NCBI RefSeq assembly: GCF_006345805.1
Contig: NC_043004.1
Coordinates: 99,200,001 to 99,264,000, forward strand
Reading direction: 5' to 3'
DNA length: 64,000 nucleotides
Origin: Octopus sinensis
Taxonomy: Eukaryota
Made by a program: the position numbers and the translations under genes. The notes beneath the pieces were generated by a model. That model was not told the DNA's origin. It worked only from the letters and a program-made list of their open reading frames with translations, and searched no databases. This document shows, one piece after another, positions 1 through 14,076 of this stretch (positions are counted from its first letter, which is position 1; each line of letters begins with the position of its first letter).

Positions 1-546
1 AACGTAGAATATTGTGCTGTATCAAAGTAACACAAGTATAGGCTTTAATTTTACAGGCCTTTCTCTTAAGAAACGTAAAACAATAGTTTCTCAACTACTA
101 ACTACTAACCTCAACAAAGCTCACTCCATAATGGAGAATTGCTTCCACATCTATTTGATGTCACTCCTACTCACACAGACACTCTAGACTACAGAGAGAA
201 AACCCCCACAATGTATGACAGTGGAATAAAGTCACTGACATATACACAACTCATCTCTGTGCTGTTTCCTCACTCTGCTGGTCTTTACAACAGCTACAAT
301 GATCTCTGCTTCTCGAAGACGGCTGGTGTCGTGTCACCTGCCCTCAGACACTGTTGATACACTTGTATTTCTACCTCTTCGCACATTGTATCCAAACATT
401 CAGGACTTCTAGGAATATCTTTACTACACGTGACTTCTCGCAATAGTCGACCTGCCATAGTTTAAGCGAAGAATTAACGATACCGTCCTCACTATCCTCC
501 GTTGGCTGCAAAGGTCACAAGCACTGTCACTTTATACATATTAATT

Positions 547-936
547 GGAATGGAAGCACTCCGTCGGTTACGACGACGAGGGTTCCGGTTGATCCGATCA
601 ACGGAACAGCCTGCTCGTGAAATTAACGTGTAAGTGGCTGAGCACTCCACAGACACGTGTACCCTTAACGTAGTTCTCGGGGATATTCAGCGTGACACAG
701 AGACTGACAAGGCCGGCCCTTTGAAATACAGGTACAACAGAAACAGGAAGTAAGAGTGAGAGAAAGTTGTGGTGAAAGAGTACAGCAGGGATCACCACCA
801 TCCCCTGCAGGAGCCTCGAGGAGCTTTTAGGTGTTTTCGCTCAATAAACACTCACAACGCCCGGTCTGGGAATCGAAACCGCGATCCTATGACCGCGAGT
901 CCACTGCCCTAACCACTGGGCCATTGTGCCTCCACC
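547..936 (-). mobile_element. tRNA-derived SINE family C (resembles octopus OK-type), full length, 10-bp TSD
   Basis: Minus strand starts ggtggaggcacaatggcccagtggttagggc (A box) and carries ggtttcgattcc (B box). Near-identical to 27623-28007. Flanked by CATATTAATT at 537-546 and 937-946. Confidence 0.9.
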
Positions 937-1589
937 CATATTAATTAATAACATACGCAAATATATAAATAAAAATGGAAACTAATAAAGTATAAGAGAG
1001 TTTACTTTTCTATAACAGGCAACATTACTAGGCATGAGAAATTAGCTATTCTTACAAGCATCTAAGGTGACCGGTAGTATTGTAGGATAAGGAATTCTAC
1101 CTCAACACATAAAGCATTGACTACAGAGCATTTGAACTCATGACGTGCGAGCAAGTATTACTATACCTATCTTTCTCATATAATGCCATCATGTCTCTAT
1201 ATGCTATCTAAGGATCAATAAATGTTTTTGAATAACAAAAAATATAATAAAATGAATATCTTCTTGATGATGGATTTGAACTCTTCTTTCACGGTTGTGC
1301 AACTAAGACAAACTAACAGTTTCCGTATAATCAGAGTGTATTGATCAAAGATGAAAGATTGTCAAGTATTTCATATGCTTCGCTGAAGTCAAACACGCCA
1401 ATATATTTTATTTGCTGTAGAAATATCAAAGAAAAGACATTCTCTGTTATCCTACCGATACATGGATGATATTCTGACTTTTGTTTTTTGTTGTTATTCT
1501 GATTGTTGTCTTGGTGGTGGTAGTAGTGGTGGTGTTGAATTTGTTGTATCTGGTGGTGTGGTTGCAGTAGACGCTTTCGCTGTAGTAGA

Positions 1590-1769
1590 AGAAATCGTTG
1601 TTTTTGTTGTTGTTGTTGTTGTTGCTATTGTTGTTATTGTTAATGCAGATTTTGTTTTTGTTTTTTGGAAGTTGTGATTGCTATAGCAGATATTGTTGTT
1701 GTAGATGTTGTTATGTTGGTACTATTCTTATTTTCTTACTTTCGTAGCAGCAGCAGCAGCAGTAGTAGC

Positions 1770-1816
<47 letters not shown>

Positions 1817-2105
1817 CAGTAATAAGTGGTGGTGGAGTAGGAGGAGTAGTAGGTGGAGAAGGAGTAGCAGCAACAGCAAATGTTGCTAATGCCCTTATAT
1901 TTATAATTCTGTTGTTTCTGTTATTGTTAATAATCGTATTGTTGTGTTTATCATGGAATTTTCTTCCGCGGAGTGAGGTAAGGGCGAAGGAATTTTGGCG
2001 GTAATGACATCGTTGTTATCGGTGACTGTCATACTTGTTTTTGTTCGTCACTTTGTTGTTGTTTGTTGTTGTTGCTGTTGTTATTGTTGTTGTTGTTGTT
2101 GTTTT
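1590..2105. repeat. (GTT)n/(AGC)n/(AGT)n trinucleotide low-complexity tract
   Basis: Direct reading; source of the poly-V and poly-S ORFs. Confidence 0.95.
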
Positions 2106-2339
2106 AGGATGAATTGTCTTGTGAGGAAAGGTAGTTATTGAGACACTTGTAAGGAGTTTGTTTAATGTAGATAGATGCTAGTGGGAATTGGGCGGGAGAA
2201 TGAGAAATAAAGTATTGATGTCTAACATGCGTATATGCTTCAGGAAATGCGTGTGTTTATATAAGCACTTACATGCGTGTGTATACATTTTACACATTTC
2301 CTTCATATTGCTAATCTATTTATACCTACATACATACAT

Positions 2340-2375
<36 letters not shown>

Positions 2376-2595
2376 CACCCACCCACCCACACACATGCAC
2401 ACCCAAACACACGTATGTCCATAAATATACACACACAAAGGCTCACTCCAATATATACCGATTCGTTCATGCAGGCAGGAAGACAGATGAATGTATGCAT
2501 GTTTGTATACATTGATCGATGGATACACACACACACACAATCTCAAACACACATACACACACACACACATACACACACACAAACACATATATATA

Positions 2596-2802
2596 CTCTC
2601 TTTTACTTGTTTCAGTCATTTGACAGTGGCCATGCTGGAGCACTGCCTTTAGTCGCGCAAATCGACCCCAGGACTTATTCTTTGTAAGCCTAGTACTTAT
2701 TCTATCGATCCCTTTTGCCGAACCGTTACTTAGCGGTTCGGCAAAAGGATCGATAGAATAAGTACTAGGCTTACAAAGAATAAGTCCTGGGGTCGATTTG
2801 CG
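2596..2802 (-). mobile_element. SINE family B 3' part ending in a fold-back inversion (~70-bp-arm hairpin)
   Basis: ctctcttttacttgtttcagtcatttgac tail as at 23076 and 45681. Arms 2656-2725 and 2734-2802 are reverse complements with one 1-nt indel. Confidence 0.9.
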
Positions 2803-3253
2803 ATGCTGGTATAGTCCATTCGATAGCCTTCCACTCAGTTTTCGTTTATAACCGCAAAAAAAATAAGAAATTAAGTTGGGTTGAGCTGAAATGAGGTTTG
2901 AATAGAAGAAACGCTATGACGACATGAGCATCGAACATGATTATTAAGACGCTCACTTCCTCACAGCTGAGCTATTCTTGAACACTTACGTACATGCTCG
3001 CACGCAGACGCACACGCACACACACACACACAAACAGACGAACACGCAAATATGTGCGTATATAAATATATGTATACATAGATTTGTATGGTACGGCTTT
3101 GCATATTTACGCTTATATACGCACACGCACGCACATATATATGAATATATGCACATAAATATGCATATATATATATGTATGTGTGTATGTGTGTGTGTGT
3201 GTGTATGCCTCTATGTATCTATCTATATATATATGCATATACATATATATATA

Positions 3254-3284
<31 letters not shown>

Positions 3285-3337
3285 CTTATATATATATTTA
3301 TCTATCTATCTATATATGTATATATAATGTATATAAT

Positions 3338-3368
<31 letters not shown>

Positions 3369-3734
3369 GCAAAGATAGAAGGAGGGTATGAAAGAAAATA
3401 AAGGAAGATAATTGATATGACAAAATCAAAAGAAAAATAAATGGAGGAAATGGTGCAATTAGGTTGTACAGAAGCCAAAAAGTCGACCAAGTAAGTTTGT
3501 AGTTAAAATGAAGAGAGTGATAATGTTGAAAATGTCAAGCGAGGAGAGAGAGAGCAAATTCTAGTATAGTGAGCGTCTGACCTAGCGCGTATATATATTA
3601 TAGACATAGAGACATATTCATGTAAATATAACGATATATGTATATATCAATATTCTTTTTATGTGTTATACATTATGAGTGTCTTCGTCTTTGAAAATCA
3701 GAGAAAGTTCACATCATGAACATAGACACCGAGT

Positions 3735-3920
3735 ATCAGAGCTACTGTGTGCTTAAAATGATTGCTTCAGAACCATGTAGTCATAGGCTCGATCCTAATT
3801 CAGAGAACTTTGGAAAGTGTCTTCTGCAAGAGCTGTGAGCCGGCCTTAATCCTTGTAAGAGAAATCTGCTCGAAGGTGACTGAATGGAAGTCTATCGGGA
3901 CGTCAGTTTCTGTTTTGGTC
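3735..3920 (+). mobile_element. Highly decayed SINE family B 5' part
   Basis: gctactgtgtgcttaaaatgattgct...aaccatgtagtc...ttggaaagtgtcttctg resembles the head and CORE-like segment of 20284-20680. Confidence 0.5.
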
Positions 3921-4302
3921 TTAGTAAATTTAAACTGTTTCTACATTAAACAATATCCACTGGTCCCTGGTTTCAAACAGTTGTGTCACCGTATTAAGCC
4001 TAGCTTCTTCTTTTCCTTCTACCATTCTAGGGACACTGTATAAGTCAAGCTCTCATCAGTAAAACGAAGTTTGTCATTATTGCCACCATCATCTTCATTA
4101 TGGTCACCAATATATGTATATACCTAATTTCCTATAGTCCTTACTTACTTCTTTAAATTGCTTAGTAATCGCCAATCTCCGTAAAAATTAATCCCTTATA
4201 TTGGAATAGTTGGAAAGACTCATTGGATCGTCTGAAAATAAAAAGTGATGTGCGGCTCACAGGGTTTCTTTCATCATGCTTATCAACAGCAGAAGCGGCG
4301 CC

Positions 4303-4940
4303 TCTTCTTCTTCTGCTAGGATCATATTACCAATTTCTTAGTGGATTCTTCGCGCAATTTGTTGTTTTCTTCTTCTTCTTCTTCTTCTTCTTCTTCTTCT
4401 TCTTCTTCTTCTTCTTCTCTTCTTCTTCTTCTTCTTCTCTTCTTCTTCTTCTTCTTCTTCTTCTCTTCTTTCTTCTTTCTTCTTCTTCTTTCTGTCTTCT
4501 TCTTCTTCCTTCTTCTTCTTCTTCTTCTTTTATCCTTCTCTTCTTCTTCTTCTTCTTCTTCTTCTTCTTCTCTTCTTCTTCTTTCTTCTTCTGTCTTCTT
4601 CTTCTTCTTCTGCTAGGATCATATTACCAATTTCTTAGTGGATTCTTCGCGCATTTGTTGTTTCTTCTTTCTTCTTCTTCTTCTTCTTCTTCTTCTTCTT
4701 CTTCTTCTTCTTCTTCTTTTCTTTCTCTTCTTTCTCTTTCTTCTTTCTTCTTCTTCTTCTCTTCTTCTTCTTCTTCTTCTTCTCTTCTTCTTCTTCTTCT
4801 TCTTCTTCTTCTTCTCTCTTTCTTCTTCTTCTTCTCTTCTTCTTCTTCCTTCTTCTTCTTCTTTTCTCTTCCTTTCTTCTTCTTCTTCTTCTTCTCTTCT
4901 TCTTCTTCTTCTTTCTTCTTCTTCTTCTTCTTCTTCTTCT
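4303..4940. repeat. (TTC)n/(GAA)n polypyrimidine tract containing a duplicated ~55-bp unique cassette
   Basis: ctgctaggatcatattaccaatttcttagtggattcttcgcgca occurs at 4313 and 4610. Confidence 0.95.
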
Positions 4941-6040
4941 ATATAACCTCAACACCAAATACAAAGCATCAATACCGATTGTTCTCAACACTATCAGCAT
5001 ACCCCCATGAACTTCAATATCATAAGAATATCAACAAATTAATGAACATCGCCATAACAACATCATCATCAGACACATAACAACAACAACAACAACGACA
5101 ACCACAACATCAATGGCATAACAACTCCAACGCTAATATTTTAACGACACCAATACCAGTATTATAATGACCAACAACAAAAACGTTATACCAGCAACAG
5201 CAACACCATCAAAACATTAGCACAAACATCATAAAACTATATTCAACATCATGCCAACATCAACACCTACATCACAACAATAACAGTATCATAATGAAAA
5301 CATCTCTAGCATCATAATCAACATTTTAGTGCAGCAATAGAAATTCGTTGAAACCCTTGACAGAGATACAACATTGTGAACCAAAACAAATATTTTTAAA
5401 GAAAAATCATGTCGTGAAATCATAGGAAACAACCACTAAATTTTCTATTGACATAATTTTGTTTTATTTTTAGCCAGTCTACTTTCACTTTCGAATTTGG
5501 GAAGCTTTCTACTAAATCACAGTATTATTATATTTTTTTCTTTTCTTACTTCTTTTTTTTGTATTTTTTAAATTTCATTCTTCCTTTCTTTCTATCTAGC
5601 TTTAGTAACCAATTCTGAATTTTCTGGCAAAAATTGAACAATGACTATTTGAAAGAAAAAAAAAAAGAGTATCTTACAGAGAATTTTAACAAGCTAGCCA
5701 GAGTCATATCAGCTGGAGACTATGCTCTCCCAGTGAACTGTATATCCAGTGTTGTATAAAGAATGTGTAGTGAAAGATAACAAAACAGGAAGGAAAAATT
5801 GTTGAAGACATTTTAGGAGGATATTAAAACTACAAAAGACAAGAATTCCTAAATAGAACTTAAAGTAACAGAATATAAACAAGAATGGTATATCGACAAT
5901 AACTTTGGCAGACATTACGCAAAGAATAGATGTCATAAAACATATAATAGATGTCAGCGGTATGTATGGATGGATGTATATATGGATGTATATATATATA
6001 TATCTATATATACATGTAAATATCTATATGCATACATATT

Positions 6041-6072
<32 letters not shown>

Positions 6073-6131
6073 ATATATATGTATATGTATATACAATACA
6101 CACATATATATACGCACATATTATATATATA

Positions 6132-6175
<44 letters not shown>

Positions 6176-7092
6176 TATTATATATATATATATATATACT
6201 ATATTTGTTGCCTGTACGTATATATGTATAGTTAAACACGAAGTCACATAGAAACTTATACATGTATATGTATAAAGTTAGACATATAGCTACATACTTA
6301 TCTCTCTATATGAATTTTTCCGTTTACGTACACATACATACATAATATTCACATATACGTGTGTGCGTACGTGCGTGTGTGCATACGTGCGTGTGTACGC
6401 ATGAGTATGTGTGTGTGTGTGTATAAACATATGCACATACACACATTCTAGGTGAGCCGGCGAACACTGACAGCCTCTTTGAAACCATATCTCTATATTG
6501 TTATGTATATACAATGTATAGACTGTATAGATTGCAACTTTTACGAAGGGGCAGGAATATATATGCATCAGACTCTTATTCAGCGAGTGTTAGTGTGTGA
6601 CTTTGTGTGCGAGAATATTACGATACGATTGTGCTTTCCTATATGTACGTATGTCTACATGTATTTGCATATATCTATCTTTCTATGATCAGAGTTTGAG
6701 AGCCTTTAATTCCATTCTGCCAACAATATTTACTGCTTTCCCTTATCTTTGAAATAGCAAGTAAACAAATTTTAAATAGTTTTATTGGGAATGTATTAAC
6801 AAAGATGAATAGAGTATATAAGCTACTGATATTGCTACTGTCTGGGGCTCTTGTCTATCAATAATGATGTAGACGCTGGCATATAGGCATACGCATGTGT
6901 ATATATGTATATATATATGTCTTTGAATTTATGAATGACAATAAATGTATGCATGGCAATATATGTTAGTTTATGTATGTATGCATTCTCTACGCATGTA
7001 TGTCAATATGTGTATGTGAATAGTAGAAATATATTCACGAATATGAGAGTATATATTTGTATACAAATACTAATATATATATATAATAGTGT

Positions 7093-7486
7093 TTTCTACT
7101 CTAGGTACAAGGTTCGAAATTTGGGGGGGAATGGACCAATCGATTAGACCGACCCCAGTACGCAACTGGTACTTAATTTATCGAACCCGAAAGGATGAAA
7201 GGCAAAGTCGACTTCGGCGGAATTTGAACTCAGAGCGTAAAGGAAGACGAAATACCTATTTCTTTACTACCCACAAGGGGCTAAACACAGAGAGGACAAA
7301 CAAGGACAGTCAAACGGATTAAGTCGATAATATCGATCCCGGTGCGTAACTGGTACTTATTTAATCGACCCCGAAAGGATGAAAGGCAAAGTCGACCTCG
7401 GCGGAATTTGAACTTAGAACGTAACGGCACACGAAATACCGCTAAGGATTTCGCCCGGCGTGCGAACGTTTCTGCCAGCTCGGTGC
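7093..7486 (-). mobile_element. tRNA-derived SINE family A, two-core form
   Basis: Minus strand head gagctggcagaaacgttcgcacgccgggcgaaatc; two copies of the gaggtcgactttgcctttcatcctttcggggtcga core. Confidence 0.9.
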
Positions 7487-7528
<42 letters not shown>

Positions 7529-7873
7529 ACACACACACACACACATATATGTATATATGTATATATAAGATATTAAAATAATATAATATATTGATATATT
7601 GTATATTTCTATATACTTTAACTGATTTGAATGTTATCGCTGGCTTTTCAACGGTTGTTTTTCCTCATCAAAGAATGGAAGGCCTGCTATCTCTTTTAAC
7701 CCGGAGTAATTGTAGAAACCCCTTATGAGAAACGAGATCGTATTGATCAAATTTCGAAATAATGCGATAAGGTTTTATCAAGCTACTTCATTCTGCGTGT
7801 GTATCTCGCTGAAGAAAGAGGTATTTTAGATACACCCATACATATACGCATACACACACACACACACACACAC

Positions 7874-7910
<37 letters not shown>

Positions 7911-8019
7911 TACAAACATACACGCATACACACACATATCTGTGTGCGTATATATATCATTACATATTACCATATAAACATATATAATACATTTTCATTA
8001 TTTGTATGGTCTGCTAGAA

Positions 8020-8950
8020 GCTAAGATGTGCTCGTGGGTTTTGCTAAGGCCTATATACCGGTACTATTAGCGCTGTAGCTTTAGAGAAATATTGCCTTTA
8101 GAGAAATATGTGCCAGAAGAGATGTTAAAAATCTGACGTTCTGAGGAGAACTGCTTTGGTATCATCCTTACTCCGGTGCTTCGGAGTTGGTCGTAATATG
8201 ACAAGTAAATGCAAGATAACTGAGTTGAGAAGCTGTGAGTGCTGGGTAAAAGTGGCATCAGGAGAATACAGATACAGCAGAAAATGTTAAGCGAAGACAC
8301 TACGTTTCTGGGTCAGGGTTTGGATGTACCTGAGAACGATTTATTGTCACACATGCTGAGCAGGCATTCTTTGGATGCTGTTTAGGTTGTTTTTCTTTTG
8401 TAGCTGCAACATTGACCCAGATATGGGAGCAATCATTTGAAGGTGACAAGATTGGCATCATCTTCGTGAAGGACGTTTCTGTAGATTTGGTACAAGATGT
8501 CTACATTGTGAATAGATAGCATATGAGTGAGGATTGTTAACGGGAATTGAAAAGTGGTATTTCTTTCGTAAACATAAAGTTTTGCAGTTCGAAATGAGGA
8601 CGGCATCATCCACGTGTTAGAAGGTGTTACAACGGTTATTAGCAGTTCATCTGATATTACATACATGAGATATGTCAGTCGAACTGCTTGAGGTGAAACT
8701 CGTTATAAAAAGTAAAATATTGTTTTTATTACTTCCTAGACATGTTGCGAAGAAGCAGAAATTCTTTTACTCTGAGCGAATATGTGGACCCTATAATCTC
8801 GAGTGTGGACGTTGACAAGGAAATTGTGGAATAAAGCACGCGATGGATAAAGCCGACCAACCAAGAACAGAAATGGTCAACGCTGAGCACACATCCGTGC
8901 AGTCTCTGCCTAACAAGTCCTAGCAAGAATCCAGCAATCTCTGAAAATGT
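8020..8950 (-). pseudogene. Decayed RTE-like LINE reverse transcriptase remnant
   Basis: Minus-strand fragments in the expected order: HVDDAVLI (YADD-like, 8616-8593), VDILYQ...PYLG (~8510-8415) and ILRPTPKHRSKDDTKAVLLRT (resembles ILRIKWQDKVSNTEVL). Many stops and frameshifts. Confidence 0.45.
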
Positions 8951-10048
8951 TGTAGTTTCTACACATGCTCAGGTTTTCTTTGAAAGTGCATCTGTGCTGT
9001 TACAACAAGTTGAGTTGGCAGCAGATTATCGCTATGGCAAGGAATACGAGGCCATTACATAAGAACTGAAAAGATCAATAATCTAATCTATTGTGCTATC
9101 ATACCTGACGCTTGCAAATTGAACCAACATGCTACACCATATTTGACCTGGATACAAATTCAATGCAAGGATAACACTGTTTGACACGATTTTTGTCCTT
9201 GGATAGCAGCTGTTATTTCCTATTTGCTTACCCTTAGAAAGTATGAACAACGGCTAATATTTCGTTCAAACTTTGCTGTTGCTACATTTATTCAAACCTC
9301 AACGAATCCCTCTCAACACATCGCTATCATGCTCCCCCGATACTTTCTTTCATGATCAGAGATGCACAGATTGTCAGCTACTAACGGACATGCTCAAGTG
9401 GTTAAGATCAAGCAAGTGACAAGCAAATCCGTGGTATTGAGCAGAATATTTTCTATAATATTTCTGCTTCATAACTTCAGCGATGAATCTGTGTGAAATA
9501 TAATGGAAAATAGATAAGCTTCAAGACGTTGACGTCAAGGTTACAAAAGCAAAGTTTGAAGGGAATGGTAGTCATTTCCTATAATTTCTAAATAGAAGCA
9601 AATAGGAAATAACACTGACCAAGGACAAAAAGATAAATAAAAATTTCGTTACACAGTGTAATCATTCATACTTCGAGTTATACGTTCTAGAAGACAAAAA
9701 AGCAGAAACACTGCTACATATAATACACATATATACGAAAAGAATTGGCAAGAGATAAAGATTATCAGAAAAGCGGAGGGAGGTAATCTTGAAGAGAGAA
9801 ACATTACTTAAGAACGCGTAACAGAATTTCGAAAATTTCAATTACTTAAGAATCAATGTAATCGACATCGTACAACATAAAAGGAAAAGAAAAATTTCGA
9901 AAGGAATTTTATAGGCACATTATTTTAGAACTTAGAACAGCCAAATGCAAAAATTAAGTCGTCTACATCAATACATTAGTTAACCCCAGTAGTATGTTAC
10001 AGCTGTTATGCTTTGACCTACATATATTGGATATTTTTATTTGTTGTA

Positions 10049-10091
<43 letters not shown>

Positions 10092-10172
10092 TATATATAT
10101 ATGGACACACAACAAATGAAAGTACCCAATAAAAGCAAGTCACAACAGCTGTATGTATTTGTTTGACTGTGC

Positions 10173-10206
<34 letters not shown>

Positions 10207-11763
10207 TCACACGCACACACAAACAAGTATGCATATATATATATTTGTTTCTATGTATATTCACTCTCATCTTCGAGCGCTTTATTCTATGTGGCTGCAC
10301 ATTTTTACATACATGTATACATACATACAGATAGACAGACAAATACTCACATACACACACACATCCCCCGGAGAGATTTCCCGTACTTGAATGATGCTTT
10401 ACTGATCATTTATCAAATGTATTTAAGGTAAAAAAAAAAAACGAGGCGGACGAATTTTATCTCACTGGACAGACAGCCGGGACAAGTATTTCAAGGCATT
10501 CTGTTCGACACTCTAAAGGTTCTGGTTATTGTTACTTTTTATGGCTAACATGACATTTTCTTCCAAATACACCAATATACATTTCTATTGTGAAGAATAA
10601 ATTACAAAACCAACCTTTATATATTTGTTACACAGTGTCATGTTTTAGGTAAATGGTAGTGGAATCCATCCATGTTTATTAAGTAAATATCTTATTTACT
10701 TTTCGTGCAGATCAATATAGTACTTATTGTGAGTTATGCTACAATAGAAAATATTAATGCACTAACATAAAATCATGACAGGTTTCAAAGAGCGTACGTA
10801 GAATTAAATATTAATGTTAGACTATATAAAAACCTGACAGAATGTTATTTTGAAAAGAAAATAAATAATAAAGAAATACAAATGGAAGACATTGTTAGTT
10901 TGGTTGTTTACTTTTAGATCAATTTGTAATTGATTTTCGGGTATTAATATATGCGTTGCTATTTTTTTTTATCGGTAGGAGTTATTGCCGAAAACTTGGC
11001 TGCAGTACTGAACAGTCAGATTACAGGTGATGGCATCGGCGTTGTCTCGTTAACTAACAAATCTAAGAGTTAATTATCTAAATGATTGCCAGTTTGCTGT
11101 TAAGGGAATGCCCAAAGATATTCAAATGACTTGTGAAACCTGATATTTTAAACCATTTTTATCTTAAACATTTCAAGTGAGCAACTAGCCATTTTTTGAC
11201 GTAATGTCACAATTTAAATTGCGTAAATAGAATTGCGTCTACTATGGCTTACCATATGCACAAGTCAGAATAAATGACAGAGATATTTGATCGTTTGTGG
11301 CATTCATGTGTACATATGTGGACGTGCATGTGTGCTCTGTATCTGTCGTGGTGCAAAATTTAGCATAAATGCATATAAAAAACATAAATGCTGTGCATTA
11401 TAATCTCGATTATTTGCATTATTATGAAAATAAATCATTTCAGATATTGAGACATGCAGCTGCTGCTCATGAATGCGTATTGCTCTGATCACGTGACTCT
11501 ACATGTGACTTGATTATTGATGCATATGATGCAGCAGCGATACTCGAACTCCTTATTCAGATTTGCATCATTGGGCAGCTGGACCAGGAGCTCGTTATTG
11601 TGCGTTTCCCCTCAGCTATACGACATGTTGCATAACATCTTTTCATTTTTACAAAAACTCCTGCTATAACACAAGGTTGCAGCTTCCTCTGTCACATAAT
11701 AACACTTACATACGATTGCACATAAAGATACTTTGATATCTGTTTACACACACACATACACGC

Positions 11764-11800
<37 letters not shown>

Positions 11801-12315
11801 CATATATTCACAGAGACGGAATGTAAGTGAAGACAAAGATAGAAAAGAAAGATGATAGCTTTCTAGAGATGGCTTAAGAGTTCTACAGTATTGTCCATGA
11901 TCCATCAGTTATCATATCTTGAATTCTATGGCAGCTGATGTTTCCTTTTAACAGCTTCTGTGTTTGAATGACATATGAAGCTCTTATCTTTCATTTGACA
12001 TTGTATCTGGAAAAACTGATCCCCACCTCCCTTCTATTCCTCTCAATCAATCAGGCTATCAATGTTTTATTTAATATCTCACACTTCAAATATACATTCA
12101 CATAGAAATGCCCACATATATACTCGATATATGGTATATATATATATATTATATTATATAGTATATATATATATATAATATATATATATATGTATATGTA
12201 TATATATATATGTATATATATATACACATATATATATTAATATATATATAATATATATATATATGCATATATGTATATATATATATAATTATATATATGT
12301 ATATATATACACATA

Positions 12316-12357
<42 letters not shown>

Positions 12358-13179
12358 TCTATATATATATATAGATATATATATAATATACTATCACATC
12401 TATATATGTATATATATATATATGTTATATACTATATGCGTGCGTTTATGCGTGTGTGCGTGTGTATTTGTACATGAGGATGTGTAGATGTGAAGGCAGG
12501 AGTGCATGTGCAAGTGTGTTTCTTTTAATATTTGCACACATCTATCTGCCAAGTTATAAACAAACACTTATACGTATCTTCAATACATGTATGTATATGT
12601 AATAAATGCTATCTTGATATTCCTCTATCTCTTCTACCTTCTTTTTAGTTTCTGCCTACCGCTCTCTCTTCTTTTCCACACCTGTGTATAGCCGCATTTT
12701 GGTTTCAGCTACTACATCTGTTGCACATGTTGCTTTCCATCCGCCGGTTCATATAGGGTAACTTTTAGGCGAAGTTTTACACTGCTTCTAAAACTTACAC
12801 TCTCTTTATCTCCCTCTGCCTTATATTCACCGTGACTCACTAAACCCTGAGAAATATTTGATTCTTATAAATCAACGTGACTGACAGAAAATCCATTGGC
12901 AATGTGCAATCCTTCATAACAAAACAGAATTTACATACAAGCGCTGGTAGCTCAGCAGATATATATTCATTGATAGTAATACATGAATACATGCCATACA
13001 TGCCATACACTGTGTTATCAAAAGTATTGTGTACATACATGAATACATACATATCAATCTATTTATCTATCTATGTGTGTGTGCATGTGTATGTATGTAT
13101 ATATCTATCTATATATTATATGGTATATATCTATGTATGTAATAGTAATATATAATATATATATATGTATATATATATA

Positions 13180-13733
13180 CGAGTAAAGCCCCCCTCCCGT
13201 CTAATGGACCGTGCTAAGTTGTCAAACATTTAAACCAAATTTTCTGAAAACAACTTGTTTGCCCGTCTCATAGGCCTACTCTTTGAGAAACACTGATTTA
13301 ACCTAAATTTGAGACACCAGCAAAAGAATAAATAAAGATAGACTTTTTTTCTATTCCAAAGAAAAACGATTTTATTCACACTAATATGCAACCGAAGAGT
13401 TTAACGTACAAGTAATGATAAGGCTGTTGACTGGAAGAACACAAACATGATTTAAACAGTAAGCTTGGCAGGAAAGAAACGTGTCTTTAAGCAGTACAAA
13501 AACAACAAAAAATGGCAGGTGCAGTTATGTACGGGTTGATGGAAGAAAAGCAGGACAAAACGGCTTTATCGATCGCATTCTCACCTGGAATCGATTTTTG
13601 CAATCTTTTGAAGACTTATACACGCCCTGATATCGTCGGTATCTACATATCAAATTTGGGCGCAATCCGGTGGAAACGGTGCCCGAGATCCGAGAAGACA
13701 CACACAGACTGACAGAACGGATTTTATATAAGA
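13180..13733 (-). mobile_element. Non-autonomous Helitron-like element
   Basis: Minus strand begins TCttatataaaatccgttctgtcagtctgtgtgtgtc. It ends with an imperfect hairpin (cggtccattagacggg) followed by CTCG|T, a variant of CTRR|T. Embedded in (TA)n. Confidence 0.6.
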
Positions 13734-13778
13734 ATATATATGGATATATATGGATATATATATAAATATCTATTATAT

Positions 13779-13844
<66 letters not shown>

Positions 13845-14024
13845 AAAAGGCTTAGTAAAATAAATTACTTTGCCACATACTGAACTCATTAGAAATAGTA
13901 GCTAAAAAAACTTTTTAAAACTATTTCTAATACTTAAAGAAAATCTCTCTCATATAGTGTTTGCTCAATTCAACTCACGAAAGTATGGGGGTAAAGACAT
14001 TAAAAAATCAAATGCAAATTTATT

Positions 14025-14076
14025 TGAGAACGTACGTTTCTAGATTAGTCAACTCGACATTTCTATCATCAGCTCA
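14025..14076 (-). ncRNA. Minimal type I hammerhead ribozyme motif (copy 1)
   Basis: Minus strand: TGAG-CTGATGA-TAGAaatGTCgagttGACtaaTCTA-GAAA-CGTACG-TT-CTCA. Predicted cleavage between 14029 and 14028. Confidence 0.75.

Noticed and set aside
4223-5080. 285-aa ORF and overlapping poly-F/S/L/K/R/E ORFs
   Set aside because: Translations of (TTC)n, which has no stop codon in most frames; no protein-like content.
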